This document shows positions 62,890 to 64,000 of a stretch of DNA of 64,000 nucleotides, in pieces. The first letter of the stretch is position 1. Each line of letters begins with the position of its first letter. The stretch covers positions 1,942,081 to 2,006,080 of the forward strand of contig OZ287696.1 of the NCBI GenBank assembly GCA_965649825.1, given 5' to 3'. A program made the translations under genes and the position numbers. The stretch comes from Penicillus capitatus. Its lineage: Eukaryota > Plantae > Chlorophyta. Under the pieces are notes generated by a model. It was given only the letters and a program-made list of their open reading frames with translations. It was not told the DNA's origin and ran no database searches.

Positions 62890-64000
62890 CTATGTACTTA
62901 AAACTGTCTCCCTCAATCTCTGATGCCATGCTATCTCGGCTTTTTCTAGAAATAACCAAAGCTCTTGCCAGTATGGAATCTCAGGCGGTTGCTCCATGAG
63001 AACTGCCCATACGTAATCTGCATCGACCAGCGAAACAGCCTTAAGCGTTTCGGACGCTTTCTGTTGAATTTCTGATGCGTGACTCGAAGACAGGAACGAA
63101 AACAAAAGGGTCACAATTTCGGCGAATTTTGATTTGAGACAGAACCGAGCCGTGGTATCTTGGCCGATCCGTTCGAGACATTGGAAAGCGGCCATCTGAG
63201 AACAGATCTTCGAAAGAGGAGCTGTCTCGCACTCTGCCTCCTGAACGATAGCAAATCTTCCTCCATGAGGAAGGATCCGTTGGACAGGTGGCTGCGCATG
63301 CCCTCGATGCAGAAGAGTCTTGAGCAGAGGCCACGCTTCATCTGCAAAACGACGAGAGAGCATCCGACCGTCGAAAACACTGGCCACATCTGCAAAGAAT
63401 CTGAGAACGCCTTCCACCACCGCGACTGGACGCCTCTTCATGGCAACCATTAAGCTCTTCCACACTGGCGAGATGACAACACTGAGTTGCGGAATGTCGA
63501 CGGTGGCCACAGAGACCTCCGGGTGACTCTTTGGAAATGCAGGCATCAAACGATCCTCGTACAATCGACAACACTGCGTTGTGCATTTCAACGTCTTGAT
63601 GCCAACTGTACATACTTCGAAGGCCATTAGACAAACCTGAAAGGCAACAGAGAGGGGACACATGATTAAAGACACATGATGGGTAGTCTGTTTGACTTGG
63701 ATGCGAGGGTGTTGAAATAGAGGTGCCGTCAGATGCATCGTGCTGTTGGACAGAGTCGATGCTGAGTGTAGATCCTTCATTAGGGTAAGAATTTCGCCAG
63801 TCGTTGCGTCGGAGAAGGTACTGCCGATGCCAACCTTCAATCGGTCCTTTAGTGAACAGTGGACAGTCTCTGCAGCGTCCCGTGTTATGGCAGCCACCTC
63901 GATCAGTGCCTCGAGGAATGGAATCGTGAACTGGTTGGTCACGGATCGGCTTTGAATCGACAGTCCCTAACAGACAATGGCCATCCGTCTCGGGCAAGAG
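62890..64000 (-). CDS. TTI1: TELO2-interacting protein 1 (HEAT-repeat), C-terminal part; 5' end outside window
   Basis: ISPVWKSLM…VEGVLRFF…GRMLSRRFADEAWPLL…IQQKASETLKAVSLVDADYVWAVL resembles the TTI1 C-terminus. Confidence 0.62.

Noticed and set aside
62721-62999. 92-aa plus-strand ORF overlapping the TTI1 3' end
   Set aside because: No domain, no workable upstream exon, and it overlaps a better-supported gene.

Overview
This is a gene-dense stretch of a compact eukaryotic nuclear genome, most likely a flagellated chlorophyte green alga. That is an inference from plant-type AP2, MYB-CC and DUF3783 genes, plastid-like transit peptides, TGTAA poly(A) signals, and the ciliary genes DYNC2LI1 and DPCD. 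The genetic code is standard. About 30 mostly housekeeping genes are split by very short introns (about 40-60 nt), which is why the ORF track is fragmented; I rebuilt exon chains by eye from conserved motifs. One intact Ty3/gypsy LTR retrotransposon (34517-39787) has identical 340-bp LTRs, a GTAAA target-site duplication and a single 1476-aa Gag-Pol ORF, so it inserted very recently. I found no tRNA, rRNA or CRISPR array, and no convincing multi-gene novel pathway. The most unusual signals concern gene architecture. (1) 5' splice sites are highly degenerate, and at least five introns are GC-AG, with an (A)AG|GCA-type donor lacking the usual compensating consensus. (2) A GATGTGAC octamer recurs in the branch-point zone of introns. 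(3) Several stop-free 3n introns occur. (4) Divergent gene pairs have start codons only 29-78 bp apart, and some convergent 3' ends overlap. Several spliced genes of unknown function remain. All gene models and coordinates are manual and need RNA-seq confirmation.
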